Part shown: positions 14,856-22,887 of the stretch, one piece after another
How the letters are laid out: each line of letters starts with the position of its first letter
How positions within the stretch are numbered: position 1 is the first letter of the stretch
NCBI RefSeq assembly: GCF_003044035.1
Contig: NZ_NVQC01000020.1
Coordinates: 1 to 32,000, forward strand
Origin: Candidatus Methylomirabilis limnetica
GTDB lineage: Bacteria > Methylomirabilota > Methylomirabilia > Methylomirabilales > Methylomirabilaceae
Direction of reading: 5' to 3'
Length of the DNA: 32,000 nucleotides
Program-made: the position numbers and the translations under genes
The notes under the pieces: generated by a model
What the model was told of the DNA's origin: nothing
Seen by the model: the letters and a program-made list of their open reading frames with translations, nothing else
The model's database searches: none

Positions 14856-15665
14856 TCATGCGCCAGAGGAGCGGGTATGGTTCTTGGCTTGCTCCCACAG
14901 CCCGTCCATCTCCTCGATGCTCATCTCTTTAAGACGACGACCATCTTGCTGTAGCCCCTCCTCCATATGCTGGAACCTGGTCGTGAACCGTGCGATACTC
15001 CTTCGAAGGGCGTCCTCTGCGCTCAGGTTCAGGAACCTGGCGAGATTGACCATGCTAAACAGGACGTCTCCTAATTCTTCCTCAACTGCCTCTGGCACAG
15101 CAGATCCGATGGCCTCCTTAAGCTCGCCAAACTCCTCTTCCACCTTTGCCATCGCCCCCGAGATCTCAGGCCAGTCAAATCCGACTCGCGAGGCCTTGTC
15201 CTGTAGCCGCTGGGCACGGAGGAGGCCAGGCAACTCTCTCGGGACGCCATCCAGGGCTGACGCGGGGATTGCGGCCACAGTATTGCGTTCCTCGCGCTTC
15301 AGTTCCTCCCATTGCTCCAGGACCTCACGAGTTGTGGAGGCCGTGCCGTCGCCAAAGACGTGAGGGTGGCGGCGCACCATTTTGTCGGCCGTCGCCGCCA
15401 GGACCTGCCCAATGGTGAACTCGCGCCGCTCAGCCGCGACCTGTGCGTGGAACACCACCTGGAAGAGGAGATCGCCGAGCTCCTCCATGAGGTGCTTGGG
15501 ATCCCCCTCGTCGATTGCCTCCACCACTTCATAGGCCTCCTCGATCAGGAACGGCTTCAGGGTCTCCCGCGTCTGCTCCCTATCCCATGGGCATCCGTTA
15601 TCCGCCCGGAGTCGCTCCATGATGTGCACCAACGCATCAAACTGCTCTCCGCTTGCTTCCGCCAT
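14856..15665 (-). CDS. mazG: nucleoside triphosphate pyrophosphohydrolase MazG
   Basis: AAGGAGG precedes ATG 15665. Tandem MazG domains are present (CPWDREQTRETLKPFLIEEAYEVVEAI and EELGDVLFSMVNLARF). Confidence 0.9.
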   Translation of the reverse strand: MAEASGEQFDALVHIMERLRADNGCPWDREQTRETLKPFLIEEAYEVVEAIDEGDPKHLMEELGDLLFQVVFHAQVAAERREFTIGQVLAATADKMVRRHPHVFGDGTASTTREVLEQWEELKREERNTVAAIPASALDGVPRELPGLLRAQRLQDKASRVGFDWPEISGAMAKVEEEFGELKEAIGSAVPEAVEEELGDVLFSMVNLARFLNLSAEDALRRSIARFTTRFQHMEEGLQQDGRRLKEMSIEEMDGLWEQAKNHTRSSGA

Positions 15666-15709
15666 TAGGCCTCCTTGACGCTGTGAGATCTGCATGTCTT
15701 TTCAGCTCG

Positions 15710-15737
15710 ATTATACCTCCAGCAGCCCTCCCGGCAA
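15710..15737 (-). promoter_or_regulatory. sigma70-like promoter for mazG (TTGCCG-16 nt-TATAAT)
   Basis: On the minus strand, TATAAT lies at 15715..15710 and TTGCCG at 15737..15732. The promoter is ~45 nt upstream of the mazG start, in the divergent intergenic region. Confidence 0.35.
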
Positions 15738-15841
15738 AGCGAATCCCCCCGGGTGGTCCGGCACAACGACAAATGCTTTGACAAGGGGGGAGACGAACAG
15801 CTACCTTACGCTTTCACCGACTATCCCACGAGGCGACAACA

Positions 15842-16579
15842 ATGGACTCTTTCTACATCAGCCTGGCCTTCGGCAGCGCCGCTGCGGCCGCGAATGTGGT
15901 GGGCGGGCTCCTGGTCACGATTAAACAGCAATGGGACGAGGTGCTGCTGAAGTACTTCGTTGCCCTCGGGGCCGGCTTCATGCTGGGGGCTGCCTTCCTT
16001 GGCATGGTTCCCGAGAGTATGAGTCTCACAGACCGCGCCCCCCTGCTTATTCTGGCCGGTTATCTCTTGATCCATTTTGCTGAACACATACTGGCCTCAC
16101 ATTTTCACTTCGGTGAGGAGACCCATGTGGAGGCTGTCTTAGCGCCCTCGGCAAGCCTATTCGCCCTTGTGGGCCTGTTGATCCATACCTTCTTCGATGG
16201 AGTATCGATCGCGTCAGGTTTCCATGTCAGCATGGGATTGGGGGTCTTAGTCTTTGTCGCCGTTGCCCTTCATAAGATCCCCGAGGGGTTTACGGTCGGC
16301 TCGATCATGCTGGCTGCGGGCAGGTCTCGCGGGATGGCGATGGCCTCGTCGATTGCCCTGGGTGTATCGACTATGGTTGGCGTCATATTTGCGTCCTACT
16401 TCCAGGGGTTGCTGGGGTATCGGCTGGCCTTATCGGCAGGAGTCATGATCTATGTGGCGGCGTCCGACCTGATGCCAGAGGTAAACCGCGAGAAAGGTTT
16501 CCTTATGGCGCTCATGGTATTCGTCGGCGTTCTGCTATACTACCTGACCGAGCGGCTGCTCTCGAGTTTCGGCTTCTGA
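15842..16579 (+). CDS. ZIP-family divalent metal transporter (ZupT-like)
   Basis: It is a multi-TM protein with the signature HKIPEGFTVGS and the motif HTFFDGVSIASGF. Confidence 0.88.
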   Translation: MDSFYISLAFGSAAAAANVVGGLLVTIKQQWDEVLLKYFVALGAGFMLGAAFLGMVPESMSLTDRAPLLILAGYLLIHFAEHILASHFHFGEETHVEAVLAPSASLFALVGLLIHTFFDGVSIASGFHVSMGLGVLVFVAVALHKIPEGFTVGSIMLAAGRSRGMAMASSIALGVSTMVGVIFASYFQGLLGYRLALSAGVMIYVAASDLMPEVNREKGFLMALMVFVGVLLYYLTERLLSSFGF

Positions 16580-16611
16580 GGCAAAGGTGGGCGGATTGGG
16601 CCTGCATCCTG

Positions 16612-17412
16612 ATGCCGAGTCTGTTATACTGTGGAGATTGCGGCGATCGGTTACGACTAGGAGGCGGTGTGAGCAAACGAGGGGCAATCGCGAGCGTGCT
16701 TGCAGGCTTGGTTCTGCTGTCAGCAGGGCCGGCACTGGGCGAGATCTATTACCAGACCGACGAGAACGGGATCGCCCGTTTCACCAATGCGCCCACGACA
16801 CCGCAGTACAGGCTGCTCCAACCAGGGGTGTTACCTCGCACTGCCAGGCTCACCGCCGCGAATATGTCAGAGCTGATCGATGCTTTCGCCGCCGAGTACG
16901 AGCTTGACCCTGGCCTGATTCGAGCCGTAATTCAGGTGGAGTCGAACTTTAACCGTAAGGCCGTCTCACCCAAGGGAGCGCAAGGGTTGATGCAGCTCAT
17001 GCCGGCCACCATCTGGCGCCTCTCAGTGGGGGACGCCTACGATCCTCACGAAAATATCGGGGCCGGCGTCCGCTACCTTCGTCAGCTCATGGACCGGTTC
17101 CAGGGTGACTTGACGCTTGTGCTCGCCGCCTATAATGCCGGAGAGAACGCAGTCCTTCGGTACAAGGGGGTGCCTCCCTACAAGGAGACCCGTGATTACG
17201 TGACGAAGGTTCTGAGTCTGTACCAGCGTGGGCAACGGGAGCGTTCCACAAATGGGGTGATCAAGCCTGTCCCCGACTCCTATCGGGGAGCGGTCGCACG
17301 GGTAGTCGCTACGCCGCCGCCCGCTCCTGCGCCGCCACAGCCCATCTACAAGGCGGAGGCGTCCGGTACCGTTATGTACTCCAATATCCCGCCGATCGTC
17401 CATTCCCCTTAG
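16612..17412 (+). CDS. lytic transglycosylase (SLT domain) protein
   Basis: The catalytic motif reads IRAVIQVESNFNRKAVSPKGAQGLMQLMPAT...AAYNAGENAV. The start is uncertain, because GTG 16669 after AGGAGG is an alternative. Confidence 0.85.
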   Translation: MPSLLYCGDCGDRLRLGGGVSKRGAIASVLAGLVLLSAGPALGEIYYQTDENGIARFTNAPTTPQYRLLQPGVLPRTARLTAANMSELIDAFAAEYELDPGLIRAVIQVESNFNRKAVSPKGAQGLMQLMPATIWRLSVGDAYDPHENIGAGVRYLRQLMDRFQGDLTLVLAAYNAGENAVLRYKGVPPYKETRDYVTKVLSLYQRGQRERSTNGVIKPVPDSYRGAVARVVATPPPAPAPPQPIYKAEASGTVMYSNIPPIVHSP

Positions 17413-17452
17413 GTGATGACGCGTCGCCGTCACGTGCCGTTGTAGTTCAAGA

Positions 17453-17789
17453 GTAACTACAAGGTAGATAGGCTGGAGGCTGGAGGCTTTTAAGGGTGAG
17501 TCATGCGTAATCACACAAAATTTCGAAAAGGTCTTGAATCTACTGGGGTTCATTCCCTGCGGCTTGCCGCGAGTTCGTCATACCGGCGGAAGCCGGTATC
17601 CAGAGGGCCCGACTGGATTCCCCCGTATCAAGTACGGGGCAGGCTTGTCAAGCACGGAATGACGGGCCAGAACAGAAGACGATACCCCGCAGCTTGCTGC
17701 GAGGTGGTTCATTTGGCTCGATTCGTGCCTTGCGAGATAATTTAGAACCTTCAGTCTTCAGCCTTCAGCCTAAACACCTGAGTAGTTAC
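17453..17789. mobile_element. MITE-like element family C, copy 2, interrupted by a family B element
   Basis: It has the same termini as 9986..10136 (GTAACTAC / GTAGTTAC). Collinearity with copy 1 breaks between CTTGAAT and GGCTCGATTCG, exactly where 17540..17714 is inserted. Confidence 0.7.
17540..17714 (+). mobile_element. MITE-like element, family B, copy 2 (175 bp, nested)
   Basis: It is the reverse complement of 6079..6261 at ~90% identity by eye, and lacks a ~16-bp segment present in copy 1. Both ends carry GGTTCATT. Confidence 0.7.
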
Positions 17790-17821
17790 AACCGAAATGT
17801 TCAACGACAGAGGGAAAAAGC

Positions 17822-17850
17822 TTGACACGATGATCTGCTCAAATTAGATT
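17822..17850 (+). promoter_or_regulatory. sigma70-like promoter upstream of fae (TTGACA-17 nt-TAGATT)
   Basis: TTGACA lies at 17822..17827, followed by a 17-nt spacer and TAGATT at 17845..17850, about 85 nt upstream of the fae start. Confidence 0.45.
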
Positions 17851-17934
17851 ATGTGCTTCGCGGTTGAGCAACGATAGATCGTTTTGAACGGCAACGTAAA
17901 CCGGTAAGGTTGGAAGGGAGAAGGAGGAATGTCT

Positions 17935-18429
17935 ATGCGAGAGATCATGGTTGGCGAGTCATTGGTAGGTGATGGCAACGAGGTAGCACACGTCGATCTG
18001 ATGATCGGCCCCAAGAACGGCCCAGTCGGACACGCCTTTGCACAGTGCCTCGCTCGGCAGTCTGCGGGCCACAACGCCCTCTTGGCGGTCCTGGCGCCGA
18101 ATGTCCCAGCGAAGCCTTCGACGGTAATGTTCAACAAGGTGACGATTAAGGGGGCGACCCAGGCGGTTCAGATGTTCGGTCCAGCCCAGGCGGGTGTGGC
18201 GAAGGCCGTGGTGGATAGCGTTGCTGAAGGCGTGATCTCCGCGAAGGATGCTGAAGACTTGGTTGTCATTGTCGGCGTCTTCATCCATTGGCAGGCGACG
18301 GATAATAAGAAGATCTACGACTACAACTATCAGGCGACCAAAGAATCAATCCAGCGGGCATTGGCAGAGCAGCCCTCGATGACTGACGTACTGGCGCAGA
18401 AGGATAAGGCCAAGCATCCGTTTGCGTAG
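17935..18429 (+). CDS. fae: formaldehyde-activating enzyme
   Basis: The protein is collinear with M. extorquens Fae as I remember it ([53 protein letters not shown]). GGAGG lies 7 nt before ATG 17935. Confidence 0.95.
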   Translation: MREIMVGESLVGDGNEVAHVDLMIGPKNGPVGHAFAQCLARQSAGHNALLAVLAPNVPAKPSTVMFNKVTIKGATQAVQMFGPAQAGVAKAVVDSVAEGVISAKDAEDLVVIVGVFIHWQATDNKKIYDYNYQATKESIQRALAEQPSMTDVLAQKDKAKHPFA

Positions 18430-18477
18430 TCGGATCGATAAGCGGCAGGAGTAAAGAACGGGATCGCGTGTAACGAA

Positions 18478-18540
18478 GGGGCTGCCGGGCGAGCGCTGAG
18501 AACCTGATCGGTCTCTTGCCCGTCAGCTCCCTCGATTTTG
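18478..18540 (+). terminator. possible partial terminator / attenuator after fae
   Basis: An imperfect 13-bp stem pairs GGGGCTGCCGGGC (18478..18490) with GCCCGTCAGCTCC (18518..18530). A weak T-tract (CTCGATTTTG) follows. Confidence 0.3.
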
Positions 18541-18554
18541 CTGAGTGAGGACCT

Positions 18555-19439
18555 ATGGCGACAGAGCGAAAGCATCTTCTCTATTTTCTAACGACTGATT
18601 CCCACCCTAGTCCTTTCGACATCAATATGGCGTATGACGCAGGTTTCCACGCCGTCATCCCGTATGGTGACGTGACCGAGGAGTTAGCAGTCCTCCTGGT
18701 GCAGGATATTATCTTCTCTCGAGGGCCGAAAGGGGCCAAATTCAGCGCGCTCTTCATCGGGGGTAACGATATGGAGATCGCTGAGCGGGTCCGTCACGCC
18801 GCTGTGAAGAGCATGTTCCCCCCCTTTCAGGTGTCGATGATGATCGATCCCAAGGGGTCCTATACGACGGCCGTGGCACTCGTCGCCAAGGCGGAGAAGG
18901 CGCTAGGTGGGTTGCAGGGCAAGCTGGTGGCGATCCCGGGTGGAACGGGCCCCGTAGGTACGGTTGCCGCCACCCTCTGCGTGAAGCTGGGAGCCGAGGT
19001 GATCATCGGCTCCAGACAATTGAGCGGCGTAGAGCGTCTGGCGCAGCAATTGTCGGCGCGGACCGGTGGCTCCGTAAAGGGCGCTGCGATGGCAACGGAT
19101 GAGGAAAAGATCTCGCATCTGCGAGGTGCTGACGTGATCCTCACGACGGGCAAGGCGGGTATTCAGATGATTTCTGAAGCGGTCCTGAAAGCGCTTCCGC
19201 CGGGTAAGCTTGTGGCCGACGTTAATGCCGTTCCCCCGACTGGTATCTACGATCTGTCGCCGCATGATGACCTGAAGGAGATCGTCCCCGGGATCAAGGG
19301 AATTGGGGCTCTCGCCGTTGGGGTCCTGAAATACGATGTCGAGATAGAAATGCTCGAGACGATCCGGACCTCGGATAAGTGTGTGGTTCTTGACGAGAAT
19401 CAGGCCTTGGAGATTGCTCAGAGGCGTCTTTCCGTATAG
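18555..19439 (+). CDS. mtdB: NAD(P)-dependent methylene-tetrahydromethanopterin dehydrogenase
   Basis: Recalled MtdB motifs are present: SPFDINMAYDAGF, DIIFSR, LFIGG, VADVNAVPPTGI and GIGALAVGVLKY. Confidence 0.88.
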   Translation: MATERKHLLYFLTTDSHPSPFDINMAYDAGFHAVIPYGDVTEELAVLLVQDIIFSRGPKGAKFSALFIGGNDMEIAERVRHAAVKSMFPPFQVSMMIDPKGSYTTAVALVAKAEKALGGLQGKLVAIPGGTGPVGTVAATLCVKLGAEVIIGSRQLSGVERLAQQLSARTGGSVKGAAMATDEEKISHLRGADVILTTGKAGIQMISEAVLKALPPGKLVADVNAVPPTGIYDLSPHDDLKEIVPGIKGIGALAVGVLKYDVEIEMLETIRTSDKCVVLDENQALEIAQRRLSV

Positions 19440-19452
19440 GAGTGAGAATCAG

Positions 19453-19791
19453 GTGTCCGAGACACAGTTTATATTGATCACTGGCCGATCGACCAAGCAG
19501 GGAAGGGCGGTCCATCTTGGCAAACAAGCCCAAGAGTACCGGGACGAGATCTCGACCCTGCAGATTAACCTCAAGGATATTGAAGCCTTAGGGGTGCAGG
19601 ATGGGGGTCAGGTGAAGGTATCATCGAACTACGGTTCGATGGTGGTAAAAGTAAAAAAGTGGGATATTCCGCAAGGGATAATCTTTATCCCCTACGGGGA
19701 AGTGAGCAATGCCCTGATCGGTTCGGATACCCAGGCAACAGGAATGCCGGATTCAAAAGGGATCAAGGTGGAGGTTGAACGCTATGACTGA
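19453..19791 (+). CDS. formylmethanofuran dehydrogenase subunit D-like protein (molybdopterin-dinucleotide-binding barrel domain)
   Basis: The GTG start at 19453 is preceded by AGGAG. The sequence FILITGRSTKQGRAVHLGK...LGVQDGGQVKVSSNYGSMVVKVKK...GIIFIPYG matches my memory of archaeal FwdD/FmdD. It overlaps fhcB by 8 nt. Confidence 0.8.
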   Translation: MSETQFILITGRSTKQGRAVHLGKQAQEYRDEISTLQINLKDIEALGVQDGGQVKVSSNYGSMVVKVKKWDIPQGIIFIPYGEVSNALIGSDTQATGMPDSKGIKVEVERYD

Positions 19792-21124
19792 GAGCGTTGC
19801 CGTAAAAGAACCGTATGTGATGACGGGCGTCGTGTGTCCTTATTGCGGCGTGACGTGTGACGATCTTGAGGTTCGGGTTGAGAATGGGAAGATCACGGAG
19901 GTTAAAAACGCCTGCGTCCTGGGTAAGGACACCTTTCTCCATCACCTGGAGGGATTGTCGACCCCGAGGCTGTATGGCAAACCGGCGACGATTGATGAGT
20001 GTATCGATGCGGCGGCAGAGATTCTTGCGAAGGCCAAGTATCCACTTATCTATGGACTAGACTCGACTGAGCTGGGCGCGCAGCGGGCATCGATCGAGCT
20101 GGCCGATCTGATCGGCGCGAATATCGATCACACCTCTTCTGTCTGCCACGCGCCGAGCTATCAGGCGGTAATGACGGTCGGCATCCCGACATGCACGTCG
20201 GGAGAGACGAAGAACCGAGCCGATCTGGTGATCTTTTGGGGATGTAATCCTGCTGAGGCCCACCCCAGGCACGCTACTCGTTATTCGGTGACCCCAAAGG
20301 GAATGTTCACCCCCAAGGGGAAGAAGGACCGGATGGTCATTCAAGTCGACGTCAGGCCAACGCCGACCACGCGAATAGCCGATGCCTTTATCCAAATGAA
20401 ACCGAACTCTGATTATGAGGTCATCTCTGCCCTCAGGGCTCTCCTGAAGGGCCACGAACTGGAACAGGCCGAGATCGGAGGAATAGCGGTCGATGAACTG
20501 AAAGCTCTTGTAGAAAAGATGAAGAGCTGTAAGTTCGGGATCGTCTATTGGGGGATGGGCCTGACCCAGACCAGAGGAAAATATCTAAATCTCGTTGCGC
20601 TGCTCAAGCTTGCTCAAGATCTCAACGAGTTTACAAAGTTTTCGTGTGCGGCGATGAGGGGCCATGGCAATGTGGTGGGCATGGCTCAGGTGTTGACATG
20701 GCAAACGGGCTATCCCTTTCACGTGAATATGAGCCGTGGGTATCCTCGATTCAACCCTGGGGAATTCTCGGTGGTAGATCTGTTGGCCCGTAAAGAGGTC
20801 GATGCCGCGCTGATTATTGCTGGTGACGCCATCGGGAACTTTCCAGGGAGCCTGGCAGAGCATCTGCGATCGATTCCGTTGATTGCCATTGATCCCAAAG
20901 AGAGCGATACGACCAAAGTAGCCGACATCGTGATTCCGTCAGCGCAGGGTGCAATTGGTGCCGGGGGGATGGCGTACAGGATGGACCATATCCCCCTGAT
21001 GTTCAAAAAGGTAGTTGAGTCACCCTACCCATCGGATCGGGAGATCATCGACCGCATCATCGCGAAGGTGAAGGCGATGAAGAGCCGCGGCAATGGCGCT
21101 CCCGCCCCGGCCGGTAGAGGCTGA
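19784..21124 (+). CDS. fhcB: formylmethanofuran dehydrogenase subunit B homologue (FhcB/FwdB)
   Basis: GGAGG lies 9 nt before ATG 19784. It is a MopB-family protein with the N-terminal motif CPYCGVTCDD...NAC, SSVCHAPS at Cys121-His122 and AAMRGHGNVVG at Arg292. Confidence 0.9.
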   Translation: MTESVAVKEPYVMTGVVCPYCGVTCDDLEVRVENGKITEVKNACVLGKDTFLHHLEGLSTPRLYGKPATIDECIDAAAEILAKAKYPLIYGLDSTELGAQRASIELADLIGANIDHTSSVCHAPSYQAVMTVGIPTCTSGETKNRADLVIFWGCNPAEAHPRHATRYSVTPKGMFTPKGKKDRMVIQVDVRPTPTTRIADAFIQMKPNSDYEVISALRALLKGHELEQAEIGGIAVDELKALVEKMKSCKFGIVYWGMGLTQTRGKYLNLVALLKLAQDLNEFTKFSCAAMRGHGNVVGMAQVLTWQTGYPFHVNMSRGYPRFNPGEFSVVDLLARKEVDAALIIAGDAIGNFPGSLAEHLRSIPLIAIDPKESDTTKVADIVIPSAQGAIGAGGMAYRMDHIPLMFKKVVESPYPSDREIIDRIIAKVKAMKSRGNGAPAPAGRG

Positions 21125-21135
21125 GGATAATCGAC

Positions 21136-22776
21136 ATGGGACGTTCGTTAAGAATCACCGGTGGTGAAGTCTATGATCCGGCCAACGGGATCAACGGGGA
21201 GATCAAGGAGATCTGTGTTGAGGATGGAAAGATCGTGCGGTCCTGCACCGGGCCCGCTGAGGTCATTGATGCCGCCAACCTGGTCGTGATGCCTGGTGGT
21301 GTCGATATTCATACCCATGTTGGCAGTCCGGCGGTCAACGCGGCCCGCGGGTTCAGGCCAGAGGACCACCGGCATATGCATTTCAGCGCGAAACCCGGTA
21401 TGAGATCCGGCGTTGGTTCAACTGTCCCTTCCACGTTTGCGACTGGCTACCTCTACGCTCAGATGGGCTATACCACAGTGATGGAGGGCGCTAACGCTCC
21501 CATCGGCGTTCGGCACACCCATGAGGAGTTGATTGATATCCCGATCGTGGATAAGGGGCTGTATATCGAATTGGGGAGTAACGAGTTTATTCTGAAGTTC
21601 ATCAAGGCGGGCGAGATCGATAAGGTCAAGCGATATGTGGCCTGGCTCCTCCGTTCACTGAAGGCGTACGGCATCAAGCTGGTGAACCCCGGCGGCGTGG
21701 AGGCGTGGAAGTACGGGAAGGATGTCGAAACTCTGGACGACAAGGTCCACTACTTCGATGTCACGCCGCGCCAAATCCTGAAGACGCTCGCTTCAGTGAA
21801 TGAAAGCCTCGGATTGCCCCATTCGATCCACGTGCATGCCAACCGGCTGGGTACACCCAATAACTACCTGACAACCTTAGAGACGATGCAGACACTCGGG
21901 AACGCCAGGGTCCATATGGCGCACGCCCAGTTTCATAGTTACGGCGGGAAGAACTGGGGTGGCTTTTGCTCAAAGGCGGCTGAGATCGCGGAGTATATCA
22001 ACACCCATCCTAACGTGACGACAGACATCGGCCAGATTGTCTTCGGCGACGCCACCACGATCACGGCGGACGGCCCGTGGCAGTACCGGTTGTACAAGCT
22101 CACCAAAAATAAATGGTACAACCAGGACATAGAGGTAGAGTCGGGGTGTGGGATCGTCCCGTACACATATCGAGAGAATAACTTTGTAAACTCCCTTCAA
22201 TGGGCCATTGGACTGGAGCTCTTCCTCCTGATTCGTGATCCGTGGCGGGTATTCCTCTCCACCGATCATCCAAACGGGGGCCCCTTCTACTTCTATCCCT
22301 GGATTATCAAGCTGCTCATGGACAAATCGTTCCGGGCTGAGATGTTGAAGCGTGTCCATAAGCGTGTGATGCCGGAGACCATCCTGCCGACTCTTGACCG
22401 CGAGTATACCCTTTACGAGATCGCCATCATCTCCAGGGCTGGACCAGCAAGAGCATTGGGGCTGAAGCATAAAGGCCACCTGGGAGTCGGGGCGGATGCC
22501 GATATTACTATCTATTCCAAGGATAGCGATAAGGAACAAATGTTCGAACATCCAGTCTATGTCATTAAGGCCGGCGAGACGGTTCTTCGAGATGGTGAGA
22601 TCGTTCACAGTCCCCATGGAAAGACCATATTTGTTGTCCCGCCTGACGTCGGCGAGATGGACCCAACCTTTAAGACCGAATTCGAAAACTACTACACGAT
22701 TCGGTATCAGAATTTCCCGATCGATATCGAGGACATCCCCAATCGAGAGGCGATTCCTGCGGGAGCTCCTCGATAA
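21136..22776 (+). CDS. fhcA: formylmethanofuran dehydrogenase subunit A homologue (amidohydrolase, FhcA/FwdA)
   Basis: It has the amidohydrolase metal motif PGGVDIHTHV. Its length (546 aa) and its position in the cluster fit FhcA. Confidence 0.92.
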   Translation: MGRSLRITGGEVYDPANGINGEIKEICVEDGKIVRSCTGPAEVIDAANLVVMPGGVDIHTHVGSPAVNAARGFRPEDHRHMHFSAKPGMRSGVGSTVPSTFATGYLYAQMGYTTVMEGANAPIGVRHTHEELIDIPIVDKGLYIELGSNEFILKFIKAGEIDKVKRYVAWLLRSLKAYGIKLVNPGGVEAWKYGKDVETLDDKVHYFDVTPRQILKTLASVNESLGLPHSIHVHANRLGTPNNYLTTLETMQTLGNARVHMAHAQFHSYGGKNWGGFCSKAAEIAEYINTHPNVTTDIGQIVFGDATTITADGPWQYRLYKLTKNKWYNQDIEVESGCGIVPYTYRENNFVNSLQWAIGLELFLLIRDPWRVFLSTDHPNGGPFYFYPWIIKLLMDKSFRAEMLKRVHKRVMPETILPTLDREYTLYEIAIISRAGPARALGLKHKGHLGVGADADITIYSKDSDKEQMFEHPVYVIKAGETVLRDGEIVHSPHGKTIFVVPPDVGEMDPTFKTEFENYYTIRYQNFPIDIEDIPNREAIPAGAPR

Positions 22777-22785
22777 CTAGGCGGG

Positions 22786-22876
22786 AGTTTCGGGTTCTGA
22801 GTTTCGAGTTTTGAGTTGCTGGTAGAGAGGCTTCGGATTTGACCCGAAACACGTAACCCGAAACCCGAAACTTTTT
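22786..22876 (+). repeat. intra-operon inverted repeat of GTTTCGRG units with a T-tract (REP / attenuator-like)
   Basis: AGTTTCGGGTT (22786..22796) pairs perfectly with AACCCGAAACT (22862..22872), and TTTT follows. Internal GTTTCGGG/GTTTCGAG units face CCCGAAAC units. The repeat ends 12 nt before the fhcD ATG. Confidence 0.5.
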
Positions 22877-22887
22877 GTGGAGCGGCA

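Noticed and set aside
14169-14954. 261-aa plus-strand ORF
   Set aside because: It is antisense to the NfeD protease gene and shows no motifs.
20144-20146. Selenocysteine at the FhcB active-site position
   Set aside because: The codon is TGC (Cys), not TGA, and no SECIS-like hairpin is needed.
21970-22617. 215-aa minus-strand ORF inside fhcA
   Set aside because: It is antisense to a well-supported amidohydrolase gene, with no RBS and no family resemblance.
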